Below are positions 38,220 to 48,327 of a stretch of DNA of 64,000 nucleotides, piece by piece (position 1 is the first letter of the stretch; each line of letters starts with the position of its first letter). The DNA is from a virus (lineage: Duplodnaviria; Caudoviricetes): the IMG/VR virus record IMGVR_UViG_3300047283_000054, one strand, 5' to 3'. The position numbers and the translations under genes are program-made. The notes below the pieces were generated by a model that saw only the letters and a program-made list of their open reading frames with translations, was not told the DNA's origin and ran no database searches.

Positions 38220-39026
38220 TTAGACAAATTTAAACTTGTTATCTATTCTTAGAAACTCGTATCCATCTCTTGATTTTTTTCGGTATATGCCGTCAATGAT
38301 AACATCTGTATTATTAATTGTCATATCTAATAATGAAATTAATGGGTTAGTTATCTCAAAATTAAGTGCGACCAAGTTATTATGATTATCACTAAACCAA
38401 TATTCTTTACATTTAAACCGTTTTTTATTTACTGTTAGTTGTTTCACAAACTTCAATTTCTTTTTATCTGGTTGCAACAAACCATCTTGTCGCTTAACTT
38501 CTTTGTTGTATTCAAATAACATTTTTTCAAATTCAATATCATATTCGTAGAATTCAGGTAGACGATATGCTAATGGAATCATATCTTCTTTGAACGTTTT
38601 ACCATCACTATGTACAAAGGTATTTAAATCTTTGCGGAAAGAAGTAAATCCCACATTCTTAAGTTTCCACACCATGATTTTCTTACTATAGTAATCACGT
38701 ATATTATTAGCTTGAACAATATCATCTTCACTTACTAATCGGAATAATTCACTATCTAATAGTTTAGTGATAGTAGGACGTACCTTAAGGTCATCTTTAA
38801 CTTTGCGATATCGTGCCCAACATACACTTAGTGCAAGAAGGTCTTGACTGATTTCATAGACTTCATATTTTTTGACGTTATCATTGAATGCAAATTCTAA
38901 ATCACCTAAACTGATACTATTATTATAACCAGATATATTACTTAGTGAAATAGTATTTTGGCTTGCGGCTGCGATACCGATTCCACCACTACTACCATTG
39001 ATTATCCAGGGGTTATTATTTGACAT
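38220..39026 (-). CDS. Hypothetical protein
   Basis: Start moved to the Met just after the uvsY stop, with SD AGGA. Confidence 0.6.
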   Translation of the reverse strand: MSNNNPWIINGSSGGIGIAAASQNTISLSNISGYNNSISLGDLEFAFNDNVKKYEVYEISQDLLALSVCWARYRKVKDDLKVRPTITKLLDSELFRLVSEDDIVQANNIRDYYSKKIMVWKLKNVGFTSFRKDLNTFVHSDGKTFKEDMIPLAYRLPEFYEYDIEFEKMLFEYNKEVKRQDGLLQPDKKKLKFVKQLTVNKKRFKCKEYWFSDNHNNLVALNFEITNPLISLLDMTINNTDVIIDGIYRKKSRDGYEFLRIDNKFKFV

Positions 39027-39028
39027 GT

Positions 39029-39490
39029 TTATCCTATTGTAATATCTTCCATACCGGCTGTGCGTAATCTTACAATGTGACCCATCTGCCATTGTTTAGC
39101 TTCAAGACCCTTCATAATGCCCAACCACTTATTTCTTAACAGTGCCACTTCATTGATAAGTGTTTCAAAGTCAACTACCTCATCTTCACCATCAACGTAC
39201 TTCTCAGCATCACGGCTTGTCAATACTCTATTATACGCTTCTAAATATTTTTGAAAATGCTTTCGGCGAATTTGCCGTAATTTAATATTGAGATAGTTCA
39301 ATACTGCTTCTATCTCTTGTAGTTGATTAAAACGATGTTCGGTAACTCCGGGAATAGCGGCAATGTTCTTTTCAACATTACCGTATACCTTTACCTCACT
39401 TTTTGCAGATAATAATTCATTCTCAAAATGAGAGATGAAATCGGGTATCACATTTAAATTTTGTGATACCCTTGTGTACCAATTTGACAT
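39029..39490 (-). CDS. uvsY: Recombination mediator UvsY
   Basis: Helical protein with KYVDGE...GIMKGLEAKQWQ; near uvsX. Confidence 0.75.
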   Translation of the reverse strand: MSNWYTRVSQNLNVIPDFISHFENELLSAKSEVKVYGNVEKNIAAIPGVTEHRFNQLQEIEAVLNYLNIKLRQIRRKHFQKYLEAYNRVLTSRDAEKYVDGEDEVVDFETLINEVALLRNKWLGIMKGLEAKQWQMGHIVRLRTAGMEDITIG

Positions 39491-39742
39491 TTAATCCCAT
39501 TCTTCTTGGTCTTCGTCTTCATCATAATCTTCATACGATTCTTCAGTATCTTGATGTGCTAAATTCTCTTTAAGAGCAGTTAGCATTTCTTTATCGCCTT
39601 TAAAGGCATCTTTGATATCTTCAGCTTCGTAATTGTTATCAATCAGTAGATTGATTAGTGAATCGGCCGCATCAGTGCGGTCATTGAAATCAATATGAGA
39701 ACGCAATGCGTCCCATACTTCCGCAACAAAATCTAATTTCAT
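39491..39742 (-). CDS. Small acidic hypothetical protein
   Basis: ORF coupled between uvsX and uvsY. Confidence 0.65.
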   Translation of the reverse strand: MKLDFVAEVWDALRSHIDFNDRTDAADSLINLLIDNNYEAEDIKDAFKGDKEMLTALKENLAHQDTEESYEDYDEDEDQEEWD

Positions 39743-40806
39743 TCTGTAACATCCTCCTCCGATGATACATTACTTATCTTTGTTGTTGATTTTTGTGAAT
39801 ACTCAGTCATAACTTTGTCTAAGCATCCATCACTATTTGCTTCCCAAGCTTTACGAAACTTTTTAATGATTTCACCATCAAGTGTTGTATAAACAAGACT
39901 GTTACCTTCTTTCTTAACAAGTTCAGCCTTCTCAATCATATCTAATAGACCTGAATAAGGACTCATACCTGTTTCATACGGAATCTTAACTTGCACTGAT
40001 TCAAATGGTTTCGCATAACGAGTTTTCATAATCTTACAGGCTGCACGAATACCTCGTACATCACTAATCTTATTACCATCTTCATCTTCTTTAAGTTTCA
40101 ATTTCTTCATAGCAACTACGATGGAGCTTGCATAAACGAAACCTTGACCGCCTGAGATTTTATCATCTGGATCAAACATATCTTGTGAAGCATATGTGTG
40201 ATTAGTAGCTACTAAACCAATACCTAATGAACCAAACATATTAACACAGTTGCGAACAAGTGCTGTTAGTGCTTTAGGCTTACGACCCATATCACCTTTC
40301 ATATCACCTGCTTCAAACTGATTAACGTCAGTGGGAGTTAATAACATACCCAATGAATCAATTACAAATAATACCTTAGGACGATCTGTTTCAGGCAGTG
40401 CTTTGTAGTCTTTAACGAACATAGAAATAGTTTTTCCTACTTCGTCAATCATAGCCATATTTAATTTAAGCAACTTACTGTCGTCAGTTGATACGCCAAG
40501 TGCGTGTAGCCATGCTTCGTCAAGGGCATTCTCAGAGTCAACTAAGACTACAAAGATTCCTTGTTGTTGTGCGTGTCTAACAAGGTTTCCTGAGCAGATG
40601 AATGACTTTCCTGCTCCTGACTCTCCGGCAAAGACAGTAACTTTACCAAGAGGTACGCCTTTATTAAAATCACCGCTAATGAGATAATTGAGAGCATAAT
40701 TTCCTGTCGAGATCCAATCAGTGGGATCGTTAAATCCTATTGATAGACCTTCAATACTTTTTGTAATGTCCTTGCGGAACTTACTAATGTCAAAAGGTTT
40801 TCCCAT
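39739..40806 (-). CDS. uvsX: RecA-like recombinase UvsX
   Basis: ISTGNYALN, AGESGAGKS, VDSENA, VIDSLG and SGGQGFVYASS motifs. Confidence 0.92.
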   Translation of the reverse strand: MGKPFDISKFRKDITKSIEGLSIGFNDPTDWISTGNYALNYLISGDFNKGVPLGKVTVFAGESGAGKSFICSGNLVRHAQQQGIFVVLVDSENALDEAWLHALGVSTDDSKLLKLNMAMIDEVGKTISMFVKDYKALPETDRPKVLFVIDSLGMLLTPTDVNQFEAGDMKGDMGRKPKALTALVRNCVNMFGSLGIGLVATNHTYASQDMFDPDDKISGGQGFVYASSIVVAMKKLKLKEDEDGNKISDVRGIRAACKIMKTRYAKPFESVQVKIPYETGMSPYSGLLDMIEKAELVKKEGNSLVYTTLDGEIIKKFRKAWEANSDGCLDKVMTEYSQKSTTKISNVSSEEDVTE

Positions 40807-40807
40807 T

Positions 40808-40999
40808 TTAATTATCTACTTCCATTGCTAATGCTTCTTTGATTACTGCAAAGAGTTCTTCACTAGTAGTGCAAAGAATCTTGCAGTTCGTCCAATCATT
40901 TTCATTATCACGACCACCTACTTCAATCATAAAGCCATTATCATATCGGTTAACGGTAAATGATTCATTTACTTTGTTTAATTTTTCTAGGTATTTCAT
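40808..40999 (-). CDS. Small hypothetical protein
   Basis: SD AAGGA; in operon. Confidence 0.65.
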   Translation of the reverse strand: MKYLEKLNKVNESFTVNRYDNGFMIEVGGRDNENDWTNCKILCTTSEELFAVIKEALAMEVDN

Positions 41000-41007
41000 A
41001 TCATTCC

Positions 41008-41241
41008 TTATTGTTTGTGTATTCCGTTAGTATACACACTAAACGGTTGTTTGTCTAGCATATCTGGACATTTTTCTGCGATAGATTCTAATTCCCAATC
41101 ATTTGGGAAATGTCGTAATGCCCCTCTAGCCCTATCTCTGATTAAGCTAGGAACACGTGGAGTTTTACCTGGATCGCATAATTCTTCCAATAGTTTTTTA
41201 CCCTGCTTTAGGGCACGGTATCTTTCGTCAGGTAGTGTCAT
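41008..41241 (-). CDS. Small hypothetical protein
   Basis: SD AAGGAG; MTLPDERYRA...LRHFP. Confidence 0.65.
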   Translation of the reverse strand: MTLPDERYRALKQGKKLLEELCDPGKTPRVPSLIRDRARGALRHFPNDWELESIAEKCPDMLDKQPFSVYTNGIHKQ

Positions 41242-41258
41242 CTAGTTCTCCTTAGGAA

Positions 41259-41272
41259 GGGGCCGAAGCCCC
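41259..41272 (-). terminator. C(UUCG)G tetraloop hairpin after the SSB gene
   Basis: GGGGC-TTCG-GCCCC; only a short U-tract, so it may be a stabilising or partial terminator hairpin. Confidence 0.6.
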
Positions 41273-41280
41273 ATCACCTA

Positions 41281-42285
41281 TTAAGACTTATTTTGTCTAG
41301 CACGAATCATTGCTAGAATGTCTTGTGCTTTGTCACTTGATGTACCAGCTGCCGGTACACTAACCGGCGCAGTTGTTGTTGCAGGCTCATCTTCCCACGG
41401 TGCTGAAGTCTCTGCTACGGGTGCTGTTGCGGGTGCTCTAGTTCCAGTAGTAGCTGTTTGTTTATCCGCTGTCGCTCCTGCAGGTGCTTCTAGTCCCCAA
41501 GGACGATAGTAACTACCCCAACGCTCATTGTCAAAAGGTTGACCATCTACTGATGCTTCAAACATTTCTTTAATGATGCGTAACTCTGCTTCATTAGGCT
41601 TCTTGGGCAAGAAGTCTGTTAAGTTGAACAAACCATGTGCTTCAATTGCGGCTTGCTCTGACTCATTCAATGGTGATTCTTTACGTGCCCAATTACTAGT
41701 AGAGTAATCTGCGTAACCACCTTTACTTGTTTTCTTAATGTTGAAGTCAACACCGTGCAAGTAATCTGTTGGCAATTCTTCCATTTCAGGATCCATCAAA
41801 CTAGATTTAATCACATTGAAAATTTGTGAACTGATAACAAACCTGCGAATTGGGTTTGCAGGAACTTTGTCATCACCTAGTGGGTTCTGACGTACAAAAC
41901 CCTGAAAAATATAACTGCGTTTCTTCCAATACTTGTTTGCCATTTCTTTCAATGTTTCGTCTTTATACCAAGGACGAACTTCTGCCAAGATTGGGCAAGT
42001 CTCGCCTGTACCATACATTTCAATACAAGGTACTTGAACGATTGTTTGCTTGATGTTAGGATCACCCTTGACACCATTGAACGGCAACTTAATTAGTTGA
42101 CGCTCTACCCAGAAGAATGTATTGCTACTATTTGCGTCAGGCAAGAAACGAACTGTTGCTGTCGTGCCTTCATCAATGTTCCAATGGGGGTAGATAGAGT
42201 TATCTGATTGAGTATTAGAACTCTTGTTGTTTGTTTTGTTGTCTTGTGCCGCGATACGAGCACGAATGTCTGCTAATGATGCCAT
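41281..42285 (-). CDS. Single-stranded DNA-binding protein (T4 gp32-like)
   Basis: VRFLPD, PCIEMYG...CPI, YWKKRSY and KGGYADYSTS motifs; upstream of uvsX. Confidence 0.85.
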   Translation of the reverse strand: MASLADIRARIAAQDNKTNNKSSNTQSDNSIYPHWNIDEGTTATVRFLPDANSSNTFFWVERQLIKLPFNGVKGDPNIKQTIVQVPCIEMYGTGETCPILAEVRPWYKDETLKEMANKYWKKRSYIFQGFVRQNPLGDDKVPANPIRRFVISSQIFNVIKSSLMDPEMEELPTDYLHGVDFNIKKTSKGGYADYSTSNWARKESPLNESEQAAIEAHGLFNLTDFLPKKPNEAELRIIKEMFEASVDGQPFDNERWGSYYRPWGLEAPAGATADKQTATTGTRAPATAPVAETSAPWEDEPATTTAPVSVPAAGTSSDKAQDILAMIRARQNKS

Positions 42286-42307
42286 GATAATATTTCCTTA
42301 TAAAATT

Positions 42308-42406
42308 GAGATGGTCTCGTTTTTTAATATTCGCCGCTTCCCTGTGAAACGACTAACATTAGAGATAGTATAGCAGTACTATCTCTGAATGTCAATAGTA
42401 TTTATC
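42308..42406 (-). promoter_or_regulatory. SSB control region: late promoter, sigma70 promoter with overlapping palindrome, structured leader
   Basis: GATAAATA 42399-42406; TTGACA-17-TATACT 42367-42395; inverted repeat AGAGATAGTA/TACTATCTCT 42361-42386. Confidence 0.7.
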
Positions 42407-42442
42407 CCGTTTGTGGGTAAACACATTTTTTTCTACGGTTTT

Positions 42443-43804
42443 TTACCCTTTTATATAAGGTAGTCCGATTAGGTTATCCAACATACGTGAGTATGTTTTG
42501 TCTAAACTTTCACTAAACAAATCATTTTGTTTCAGATGTAGTGTTGAGCTTTCAGGAGGTTGACCGAATAAATCAGTTTTTACCCAATTGTAAAATGCAT
42601 CCATTGTTTGTCTTGATATTGGATTTTCTTCGTGTTTGAATAAGAACTCAATATTATCTTCGATTGTATATGCAATCTGATGGTCGCTATAGGTTGGATG
42701 CTTCTTACTTAATTCTACAGCATATTTCTTTTTAAATGAACGAACCATCATTGGTAAATATTTTGTCATCCATTCAGCTTTATCCGGGTCGTGTGAATAG
42801 TCAAGTGCAGGCCTAACTGCCATATTAGCTTCTTCAAATACTTTACTTTCGGATCTGTTTTTGATGGTCGGTTTATCTTCTTCATCACCAAATAGTTCAG
42901 GATCAAACTCAGGTGGTTTAGATTGTTGTGTTGCAACCTGTGATGTAGCTTGTGCATTATCGATAGCACCCTGTGCTACTGCGGCTGCATTTGGGCGAAT
43001 AGAAGGTTTAACAAATCTAATATTAGTTGCGATTTCATCAGCCATTTGTTGAATCTCACCTCTAAGATTCAGAATATTATCTCTCTCTGTATTCATAAAC
43101 TTATCAAAGTTATCAATCTTTTCTTTAGCGGCATCTACAATTTGAGAATACTTTTGAATTTCTTCAGCAGAGGTTTTCTTATATGTGTTAGTATCATCAA
43201 TGTAGTTTTGAAATCTCATTTCTTTACTATCCAAATCCTGCTTTGTTTTTTCAAGTTGTGCGGCAACCGCATCATAATTAACATTTGCTTTACTTTGAAT
43301 ATTGTTTACTAGATTTTGTAACTTCTTAACATCAGCATCTTCTGCACCATTACTATTAGCCAAAGCACTAATCTGTTGTTCTATCTCTTTGTATTTTTCT
43401 GGATCCATACCAGGCTTAGATTTCAGTGCTTCTAAATCTTTTTGTAGCTTCTCTAACTCATCAGCACTTACTTTAGCCTTCTGTTGTCTATCAGCACTAC
43501 CAGTTGTCAATGTACCACTTAGTTGTTTTAATCTTTCAACTTCACGGTCAGTCTCTTGTGCTTGTGCTTCGTAATCTTGCAATTCTTGCCCAATAGTTTT
43601 TAATGCACTTTGCTGTTTATTGATTAAGTTATTTTGTGCATCATCAGTTTTTTGTTGTTTGGCAGCTTTATCAGCTATGTACAATGATAATGCCTGTTGG
43701 CTATCATAGCCAGGAAACTTCAACATGGCTCTCTGCATTAAATCTTTATCTAAAGATAATGTAGGACCTTTTTGTGCTTCTCTTAACAATGACGATATTT
43801 TCAT
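42443..43804 (-). CDS. Long coiled-coil protein, probable virion component
   Basis: Extended heptad repeats; N-terminus MKISSLLRE. Confidence 0.6.
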   Translation of the reverse strand: MKISSLLREAQKGPTLSLDKDLMQRAMLKFPGYDSQQALSLYIADKAAKQQKTDDAQNNLINKQQSALKTIGQELQDYEAQAQETDREVERLKQLSGTLTTGSADRQQKAKVSADELEKLQKDLEALKSKPGMDPEKYKEIEQQISALANSNGAEDADVKKLQNLVNNIQSKANVNYDAVAAQLEKTKQDLDSKEMRFQNYIDDTNTYKKTSAEEIQKYSQIVDAAKEKIDNFDKFMNTERDNILNLRGEIQQMADEIATNIRFVKPSIRPNAAAVAQGAIDNAQATSQVATQQSKPPEFDPELFGDEEDKPTIKNRSESKVFEEANMAVRPALDYSHDPDKAEWMTKYLPMMVRSFKKKYAVELSKKHPTYSDHQIAYTIEDNIEFLFKHEENPISRQTMDAFYNWVKTDLFGQPPESSTLHLKQNDLFSESLDKTYSRMLDNLIGLPYIKG

Positions 43805-43805
43805 A

Positions 43806-45596
43806 TTACTTACTAATTAAACGCTTAATAACATCTAGGTCGTCTTGACCTTCACCAACTAGATCACCAATTGTTGCTGGCTTGTTAGCTTTAGGTCCTT
43901 TGTTACGCCATTGACCTGCTTCACCTGTAGCATAGTCACCTGCGAACTCACCATCTTCTGCAACTTCTTCTTTACTGCTATACTTAGCACGAATGTTTTG
44001 CATTGTTTTCTCGCTAGCATGCTCACTACCTGCTTTGCGTAGTGCATCCATACCATCTTTGCCGTATTTTTTATTACCCAAATATGCCTGCAATCCGCTT
44101 TCTTCAATGTCATCTTCTTCTAAGCGTTCTTCATCTTTAGAATGACCCATGTTTGGTTTACTGTGTTGTGCTGATGCCGGTATGCCTGCATCCTTTTGTA
44201 TCTTTTTCAATAGTTCTTCGTCACTACCGTGACCTAATTTATCCAATACTTTACCGCCAACTGTTTTAACAGCATCTTTAACTTTATCGAACATTCCTTC
44301 ATGCATATTACCCAATGAACGTTCTACTTGTTTTACCCAACCGCTTACATCGCTTGAACCAATTTCTTCAACGTCACCTACAAAATCTGCAACGTCGGCA
44401 ATAGCAGCCAATACTTTATCAGGACCGTGCTTTAATAATTCAGGGTGTTGACGTATGATACGGCGAGTTATTGCGCTTACTACTGGATCGTCAATATCAT
44501 CGTGACCTTCATCTATTTCTTTGTCTAACTTGTCAGCAAAGTGTGCAAGTGCCGGACTTTTACCTGCCATGTATGCATCCACGGCTGCACCTTCGTCAAT
44601 TAGGTTGTCTGCCCATTCACTTAATTCACCGACTTCTTTCATCTCTGCTACTTTCTTCTGTAGCTTATTCAATATTGGCATTACACTTTCAATACGTGGA
44701 TCTAATGTTTCTTGCACAAACAACTCATTTAAGTTGTTTTCTTCACTTTCTTCTTCCATCAATGATGGTGTCCAGCTTTCAAAGTAAGTATTGTAACCAC
44801 GATGGCCGGTCATTCTACTTAATGTTTCACGTAGACCTTGATAGTGATTGATACCTTCATTAACTAGTCGCTGTGCTGATTCATTGAACTGACCATTACG
44901 TGTGGCACGAACAAACGCACCCATCTTTTGATATTCTTCTACTAAACTTGTAACGTGATTCCAACGCTCACCATGTGGCTTATCACCTTCGGCAATCAAT
45001 CGACCATATACACGTGCAATGCCCGGCTTGATAGTTGGGGCTAAGAAACGTTCACCTTCACTATTCTCTAGGAAGATTTTAGCAATATTACGATAGCGTT
45101 GCTCACCTTCTTCAATTTGGCGAGTATGCTGTAATACAATTTTTACATTTGGCACAGCATCATTGTAACTTGCCTTTTTACCCATTGGGTAGTAACCTTC
45201 AGATATTCTTTCTTGCTTTTTCATATATTCCCTTTTTGCCATGTCGTGTTTCAAATGGTCAATATTCTTTAATTCAAAACTCAATTGATACTTTTGTGCA
45301 AAACGCTTCAATTGATTTAATACTTTGTACCAAGATTCATCTTCCCCATGACTTTCTTCTTTTTCACTATTAGCTACCTCGTCACTGAAGTATATACATA
45401 ATTTATGCAATCCATCAATAGAGATAGTTACTTTACCGTAATCTTCTCCGTCTTTGACAAAATTGAATTGAAATACTTCAGCTTCTTCAGGGGTAGGAAT
45501 TTCCTTACCTGAGGTGTCAAGCATAGTAGGGTCAAATCCTTTACTGTGTAAAAGATCGAATAATGAACGGTTTAAGGATTCTGTATTTTTTGGCAT
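43806..45596 (-). CDS. Probable head-associated protein with Glu-delimited C-terminal modules
   Basis: Late promoter 4 nt before the ATG; C-terminal half is broken by LIDEG, EIDEG, NMHEG, DIEES, EVAED and LVGEG. Confidence 0.55.
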   Translation of the reverse strand: MPKNTESLNRSLFDLLHSKGFDPTMLDTSGKEIPTPEEAEVFQFNFVKDGEDYGKVTISIDGLHKLCIYFSDEVANSEKEESHGEDESWYKVLNQLKRFAQKYQLSFELKNIDHLKHDMAKREYMKKQERISEGYYPMGKKASYNDAVPNVKIVLQHTRQIEEGEQRYRNIAKIFLENSEGERFLAPTIKPGIARVYGRLIAEGDKPHGERWNHVTSLVEEYQKMGAFVRATRNGQFNESAQRLVNEGINHYQGLRETLSRMTGHRGYNTYFESWTPSLMEEESEENNLNELFVQETLDPRIESVMPILNKLQKKVAEMKEVGELSEWADNLIDEGAAVDAYMAGKSPALAHFADKLDKEIDEGHDDIDDPVVSAITRRIIRQHPELLKHGPDKVLAAIADVADFVGDVEEIGSSDVSGWVKQVERSLGNMHEGMFDKVKDAVKTVGGKVLDKLGHGSDEELLKKIQKDAGIPASAQHSKPNMGHSKDEERLEEDDIEESGLQAYLGNKKYGKDGMDALRKAGSEHASEKTMQNIRAKYSSKEEVAEDGEFAGDYATGEAGQWRNKGPKANKPATIGDLVGEGQDDLDVIKRLISK

Positions 45597-45613
45597 AATG
45601 TATTTATCTAACT

Positions 45614-47173
45614 TTAACCCATAACAGCATAGAAGGGCAACGGCATTATAACTTCATTGTGGTCTCTGATTTGATTCTCTAAGTCATAATGGTAGTCACT
45701 TAATTGTTGTAACATACGTGTTACTAATAAGCTGGCCATAATCAAATCGTCTGTATCACCTATTTTAGCCGCATAACTTCCACCATGTGCTACAAATGCT
45801 TTTAATTCTGAAATAAGACTACGACTATTTACAGTCATTTTCTTGCTTTCAACCAATGTTTTAAACTTAGCACAACTTGCTAATTTACTCTTATTAGTTG
45901 TGTTAAATCCTCTACGTCCTTTACCTACTTCGCTGATAAAAATACCCGGAATATTTGCTTCTCCGTATTCATTTAATGACACGATTGCGGCTTCTCCTAT
46001 CCCGTTACATTCAATACTGTAGTAAATGTTGTTGGGTTCATTGGTGCATTCAGCAATATGTTTGTTAATTTGAGCCAATAGTTTAATCTGACTTGGAATG
46101 TCAGTTTTATTGTGCTTCCATTCACCTACTTGAGTAGTAGTGTTTGCTTCAAATATTTGAATAGCTGACGGGTCACCACCTGTACCTAGACTAGGATCTA
46201 ATCCTACACAATAAATATTACCTTTAGTTGGTTTCTTATACCAACGTACTTGTCCTATACGACTAACAGGCTCAATGCCTTCCATCATAATTAGTGTGTT
46301 TGGATTAATCAATGTTTCGTCAGCAATAATGAACTCACAACCAATCTCTCGGTTGAAACGATCCTCACCGAGCTGTGCTTTCATTTCATCAGCCCACTTC
46401 TGGTCTCTGCCCGGTTGCTCGTTCCAAAATGCTCTGTATGCTCTGAAGCCGTTTACACCTAGTTCAGTTGTGTTGCCAAACTCATCTTCAGTCTTATTAG
46501 CACCCTTCCAGATGAATGCAAACTGATCCTCGTCACTGTTTGGAGTACTTGTGATAATAGCTTTACCACCAGTACTTAGTGTTGGTGTAATAGCTGTCCA
46601 GAATTCTTTAGCGATACTTGGTCTAACGAATGCAAACTCATCTAAGTATAGTAATGTAATAGACATACCACGACCTGTATTTTCAGTAGTTGTTGCACTT
46701 ACAATACGACTACCGTTTTCAAAGTCTAATGATCCTTTGTTGTATGTGGTCACACCTGCTTTAATATGATCCGGGCAGTTTTCATATGCATAACGAATAC
46801 GTTGCATAATCTCCTGAGCACCTGTATACTTGTGTGCCGCAACTAAGATAGTTGAGTCTGGCACAAACATTGCGTACCAAAGCAAGTATCCTGCGGCTGA
46901 AGTTGACTTACCTGATTGTCGAGGCATCAAACTGATTGAATAACGAAAGTTGTGATAGGTTTCAATCAATCGTTTTTGATAGGGCCAAGGGTGATAAACC
47001 ATACTACCTTTTGTAGGGTGTTGTATGTAGAAGAAGTTATCCATAAAATATAGATAACCTGTATCTGGGTCACAGCATTTGATAAAATCCTGTAGTTCTT
47101 TATCAGTTTTAAAAACTGTTTTAGTATAAGGATTCTTTACTAATGAAGGTGCGTTGCTTAATGGCTTACTCAT
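45614..47173 (-). CDS. terL: Terminase large subunit (T4 gp17-like)
   Basis: PRQSGKS Walker A, LYLDEFAF Walker B, ITSTPN, GLDPS and DDLIMA nuclease motifs. Confidence 0.93.
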   Translation of the reverse strand: MSKPLSNAPSLVKNPYTKTVFKTDKELQDFIKCCDPDTGYLYFMDNFFYIQHPTKGSMVYHPWPYQKRLIETYHNFRYSISLMPRQSGKSTSAAGYLLWYAMFVPDSTILVAAHKYTGAQEIMQRIRYAYENCPDHIKAGVTTYNKGSLDFENGSRIVSATTTENTGRGMSITLLYLDEFAFVRPSIAKEFWTAITPTLSTGGKAIITSTPNSDEDQFAFIWKGANKTEDEFGNTTELGVNGFRAYRAFWNEQPGRDQKWADEMKAQLGEDRFNREIGCEFIIADETLINPNTLIMMEGIEPVSRIGQVRWYKKPTKGNIYCVGLDPSLGTGGDPSAIQIFEANTTTQVGEWKHNKTDIPSQIKLLAQINKHIAECTNEPNNIYYSIECNGIGEAAIVSLNEYGEANIPGIFISEVGKGRRGFNTTNKSKLASCAKFKTLVESKKMTVNSRSLISELKAFVAHGGSYAAKIGDTDDLIMASLLVTRMLQQLSDYHYDLENQIRDHNEVIMPLPFYAVMG

Positions 47174-47192
47174 AGAGAGTATTTATATCCAT

Positions 47193-47215
47193 AAAAAAAC
47201 GGCAGAGCCGTTTTT
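47193..47215 (-). terminator. Intrinsic terminator
   Basis: AAAAAAACGGC-AGA-GCCGTTTTT. Confidence 0.75.
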
Positions 47216-47216
47216 A

Positions 47217-47906
47217 TTATTTAATATCTAAAGGTCTTGCTTTTGTAGCAAGGATACAATAATATTTTTCTTTTGCGGTTACCATTTCACCACTTTCATT
47301 TGGAGTTTGGATATCAAATTCTAAATTATTAAAATAATCAATATTGAATCCACAACGTGTTAATAACGCGGCTAGTTGTTGTTCACCCAAAATACTATAA
47401 TGATTTAAATTCCATTCGTGTCTACGGTCACAGTTTGGAGCGGGAACTTCAATGTAAATTTTACCACCTTGTTTTAAAATACGATTGTATTCCATAATAC
47501 TAAAGATAGGATATGGACTATGTTCTAATGCGTGACGTAAAAAGATGAAGTCAACACTTTCATCAAAGTATCCGTCTTTTTGTGGTAAGAAACTTAAATC
47601 ATATTTTGCAATTTTATGACCTTTGTCCTCACAGATTTTAATATCACCCGGGCTTAGTGTAACACCAGTAACATCTGTGTAATTACGAGTTTTCATCTCA
47701 TCTAGGAAATATCCTGGGCCACATCCCAAATCTAATATTTTACTATTTTTTGGCAAGTTAATTGGATCTATATATTTTATAACTACTTCTTTGGTGAGAT
47801 TTTCGTGCATTGGGCTGTTGCCCTCATCGTAAATATGAGCGGTGTAAAGCCATTCATTGTAAAATTTTAATTTGATTAAATCTAAAGTGTTGTTAATATC
47901 TATCAT
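47217..47906 (-). CDS. Class I SAM-dependent methyltransferase
   Basis: ILDLGCGPG, HALEH and RILKQGG motifs. Confidence 0.88.
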   Translation of the reverse strand: MIDINNTLDLIKLKFYNEWLYTAHIYDEGNSPMHENLTKEVVIKYIDPINLPKNSKILDLGCGPGYFLDEMKTRNYTDVTGVTLSPGDIKICEDKGHKIAKYDLSFLPQKDGYFDESVDFIFLRHALEHSPYPIFSIMEYNRILKQGGKIYIEVPAPNCDRRHEWNLNHYSILGEQQLAALLTRCGFNIDYFNNLEFDIQTPNESGEMVTAKEKYYCILATKARPLDIK

Positions 47907-47958
47907 TGAGAATCCTGTAATTTGATATAATTACTTATTCTCTATATCAACGATGAAA

Positions 47959-48327
47959 TTATTTTTTGTAGCCCTTGAAAGGCTTTATTGTGCTTTGTGT
48001 ATTAGTTGATTCTAATTCTTGGCTATTTAGATCACCTTTGTTCAAATCTTTATACGTGATACCGGTGGCTTTATATGCTAATTTTAACATAGCTTGTTCT
48101 TCTTTGGTATACGGATGTGCCGTATTGTTTTTACCAACCCAACTTTCTGCATTCATTTCTATAGGATTCACACCATCGCTACACGCAACTGCCATCATTA
48201 CACGATTCAAATCATATAGTCGGTCAAATTGAGTGTCAGCAAATATATTCAAACCGCGTGTAGGCTGCTGTTGACGTTTAGTTATTTTTCCATTCTTACT
48301 TTCGGATACAAATTCATTTGCTCTCAT
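47959..48327 (-). CDS. Small probable internal head protein, paralogue A
   Basis: MRANEFVSE N-terminus; ends KPFKGYKK. Confidence 0.6.
   Translation of the reverse strand: MRANEFVSESKNGKITKRQQQPTRGLNIFADTQFDRLYDLNRVMMAVACSDGVNPIEMNAESWVGKNNTAHPYTKEEQAMLKLAYKATGITYKDLNKGDLNSQELESTNTQSTIKPFKGYKK

Noticed and set aside
21159-47173. Inteins or introns in helicase, UvsW, UvsX or terminase
   Set aside because: Protein lengths are normal, motifs are contiguous, and there are no intein splice motifs or homing endonuclease ORFs.
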